NCBI GenBank assembly: GCA_046484135.1
Contig: JAWOBU010000160.1
Span: 1-45,330, forward strand
Length of the DNA stretch: 45,330 nt
From: a bacterium
GTDB taxonomy: Bacteria > RBG-13-61-14 > DATKZS01
Direction of reading: 5' to 3'
The position numbers were made by a program, and so were the translations under genes. The notes under the pieces were generated by a model. That model saw only the letters and a program-made list of their open reading frames with translations, ran no database searches and was not told where the DNA came from. Below, in pieces: positions 43,447-45,330 of the stretch (position 1 is its first letter; every line of letters starts with the position of its first letter).

Positions 43447-45099
43447 ATGTCTGAGAACGGTCAGTCGAACGAAGTCGAAGAGAAACGATGGCTCCGGATA
43501 GACCTGCACCCGTGGGTTTTTTCCATAGCAGCGGCGCTGATCATCTTTTCGGTGGCCTTCACCATTTTTTACCAGAAGCACGTGGGGGGCCTTTTCGAGA
43601 CCCTGCAGACTAACATAGCCACGGTGGCCGGCTGGTTTCTGGTCTTGACCATGAACATCATTCTGCTTTACGTGGTCTCTCTTGTGTTCAGCCGCTACAG
43701 CGACGTCCGGATCGGGGGTGAGGACGCCCGGCCGGAGTTTTCCACCCTGGGCTGGTTCTCCATGCTGTTCAGCGCGGGCATGGGCATCGGCCTTCTGTTT
43801 TACGGGGTTGCCGAACCCATGTTTCACTTTGTGGCATCTCCGCTTGCAGAGCCGGGCACGCCGGAGGCCGCCCGTATTGCCATGGACCTTTCTTTTTTGC
43901 ATTGGGGCCTCCATCCGTGGGGCATCTACTCGCTGGTCGGTCTTTCGCTGGCCTTCTTCTGCTTTAACAAGGGCCTTCCCCTGTCCATTCGTTCCATCTT
44001 TTATCCGCTTCTGGGCGACCGGATTTACGGTCCCATCGGCAACGCCATAGACATCCTGGCCACTGTTGCCACCCTGTTCGGGGTGGCGACTTCGCTGGGA
44101 CTGGGAGTCCAGCAGGTGAACGCGGGCCTCGATCACCTTTTCCATATCGGCCAGAACACCACCATCCAGGTGCTGCTTATCACGGGCATTACCGCGGTGG
44201 CCACCTGGTCGGTGGTCTCCGGACTGGACGGCGGCATCCGCAGGATATCCCAGTTAAACATTTCGTTGGCCGCGCTACTGCTTCTGTTTGTCCTTGTTCT
44301 CGGGCCCACCATCTTCATCATGAACGCCTTGATCGAGAACATCGGTTACTACATCCAGCACCTGCCCCAGCTTGCCACCTGGAACGAGACCTATGAGGAC
44401 ACCTCCTGGCAGAACGGCTGGACGGTCTTTTACTGGGGATGGTGGATCGCCTGGTCGCCTTTCGTGGGAATGTTCATCGCCCGGGTCTCTTACGGTCGGA
44501 CGCTGCGGGAGTTCATCATGGGCGTGCTCCTGGTGCCCACTTTGATTACCTTTTTCTGGATCACCGTGTTCGGAAACACCGCCATCAACATCGAGATGTT
44601 CGGAGCGGGCGACATAGCAAAGGCAGTACAGGAAAACATCCCGGTGTCCCTGTTCGTGCTCCTCGAACACTTCCCCCTGAAGTGGCTCACATCCGGTCTT
44701 GCCATCCTGGTCATTATTACCTTCTTCGTGACATCGTCGGACTCCGGCTCCATGGTGATTGATATTATTACCTCGGGCGGAAACCCGGACCCCCCGGTGT
44801 TGCAACGGCTCTTTTGGGCCATACTAGAAGGGGTGGTCGCCGCGACCCTGCTGGTGGGCGGAGGGCTGGTGGCGCTCCAGACCGCGGCCATAACCACCGG
44901 CCTGCCGTTCGCGCTGGTGCTCCTGGTCATGACTTTCAGCTTGCGCAAGGGGCTTAAAACTTATGTCGCCACCAAGGGATACTTCCTTCCACCTTACGAA
45001 CACGGCACCCGGCTTAAAACCAAGATTACCCATCCGACCCCCGCGACCGTGGGCGGCCGCCGGCTATGGGTCCGAAGAAAACCGGAGCAGGAAAAATGA
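43447..45099 (+). CDS. BCCT family transporter (BetP/OpuD-like, probably glycine betaine)
   Basis: WFSMLFSAGMGIGLLFYGVAEP, HWGLHPWGIY, WTVFYWGWWIAWSPFVGMFIARVS.GRT.REF, FFVTSSDSG; ATG 43447 after GGAGGAGGAG. Confidence 0.93.
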   Translation: MSENGQSNEVEEKRWLRIDLHPWVFSIAAALIIFSVAFTIFYQKHVGGLFETLQTNIATVAGWFLVLTMNIILLYVVSLVFSRYSDVRIGGEDARPEFSTLGWFSMLFSAGMGIGLLFYGVAEPMFHFVASPLAEPGTPEAARIAMDLSFLHWGLHPWGIYSLVGLSLAFFCFNKGLPLSIRSIFYPLLGDRIYGPIGNAIDILATVATLFGVATSLGLGVQQVNAGLDHLFHIGQNTTIQVLLITGITAVATWSVVSGLDGGIRRISQLNISLAALLLLFVLVLGPTIFIMNALIENIGYYIQHLPQLATWNETYEDTSWQNGWTVFYWGWWIAWSPFVGMFIARVSYGRTLREFIMGVLLVPTLITFFWITVFGNTAINIEMFGAGDIAKAVQENIPVSLFVLLEHFPLKWLTSGLAILVIITFFVTSSDSGSMVIDIITSGGNPDPPVLQRLFWAILEGVVAATLLVGGGLVALQTAAITTGLPFALVLLVMTFSLRKGLKTYVATKGYFLPPYEHGTRLKTKITHPTPATVGGRRLWVRRKPEQEK

Positions 45100-45119
45100 A
45101 AGGATCGAGGAGAACCGAC

Positions 45120-45330
45120 ATGAAAACTAGGACGTTGGCACTCGGGGCATTAATGGCGCTCATCCTGGTTTTTTCCTGCCAGCAGGATGAGAAAAAGCAG
45201 GCGAAAAAAAGCGCCCGGCCGACAGGCCCGGCCATCAAGATCGCTTACGTTAAATGGTCCACCGAGATCGCGAGCACCCACCTGGTAAAGGCGGTGCTCC
45301 AGGAAAGGATGGGCCGAAAGTGCGAGATCA
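45120..45330 (+). CDS. Glycine betaine ABC-type substrate-binding lipoprotein (OpuAC/ProX-like), 5' part only
   Basis: Not in the ORF track. Manual translation MKTRTLALGALMALILVFSC-QQDEKK...IKIAYVKWSTEIASTHLVKAVLQERMG; lipobox VFSC; GAGGAG RBS. Confidence 0.8.
   Translation, partial: MKTRTLALGALMALILVFSCQQDEKKQAKKSARPTGPAIKIAYVKWSTEIASTHLVKAVLQERMGRKCEI

Overview
GC-rich bacterial chromosomal segment with a gene set typical of a Deltaproteobacteria-like (Desulfobacterota/Myxococcota-type) organism; this taxonomy is inferred from gene content only. In order, it carries: a partial Tat-exported protein; three tandem AIM24/TIGR00266 paralogs; two tandem paralogs that appear to have a CAT/E2 acyltransferase fold; rlmB; and a DUF2378-like protein. 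A long minus-strand run follows: comEC, secreted START protein, two GT-C membrane proteins, bcd/crt/thl, lepB, pyk, MaoC, alpha/beta hydrolase, orphan trpA, REC-PilZ, hexapeptide acyltransferase, CDF-NifX fusion, ZIP, YbjN, GT4, GT2, SGNH, Nudix, VWA, tyrosine phosphatase and type-B carboxylesterase. After that come an 880-bp repeat- and palindrome-rich intergenic region, a long-chain acyl-CoA ligase, rel-rpoZ-gmk-yicC, a minimal SufBC (SMS) Fe-S pair, and a quaternary-amine uptake cluster (CHT1-like symporter, BCCT, partial betaine-binding lipoprotein). No rRNA, tRNA, CRISPR array or transposase was found. The most notable leads are the CAT/E2-like pair in which one copy keeps and the other has lost the putative catalytic His, a dispersed REP-like family with a GTGC head, and the structured intergenic mosaic at 32436-33316. 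All family calls come from motif recognition by eye, not database searches.
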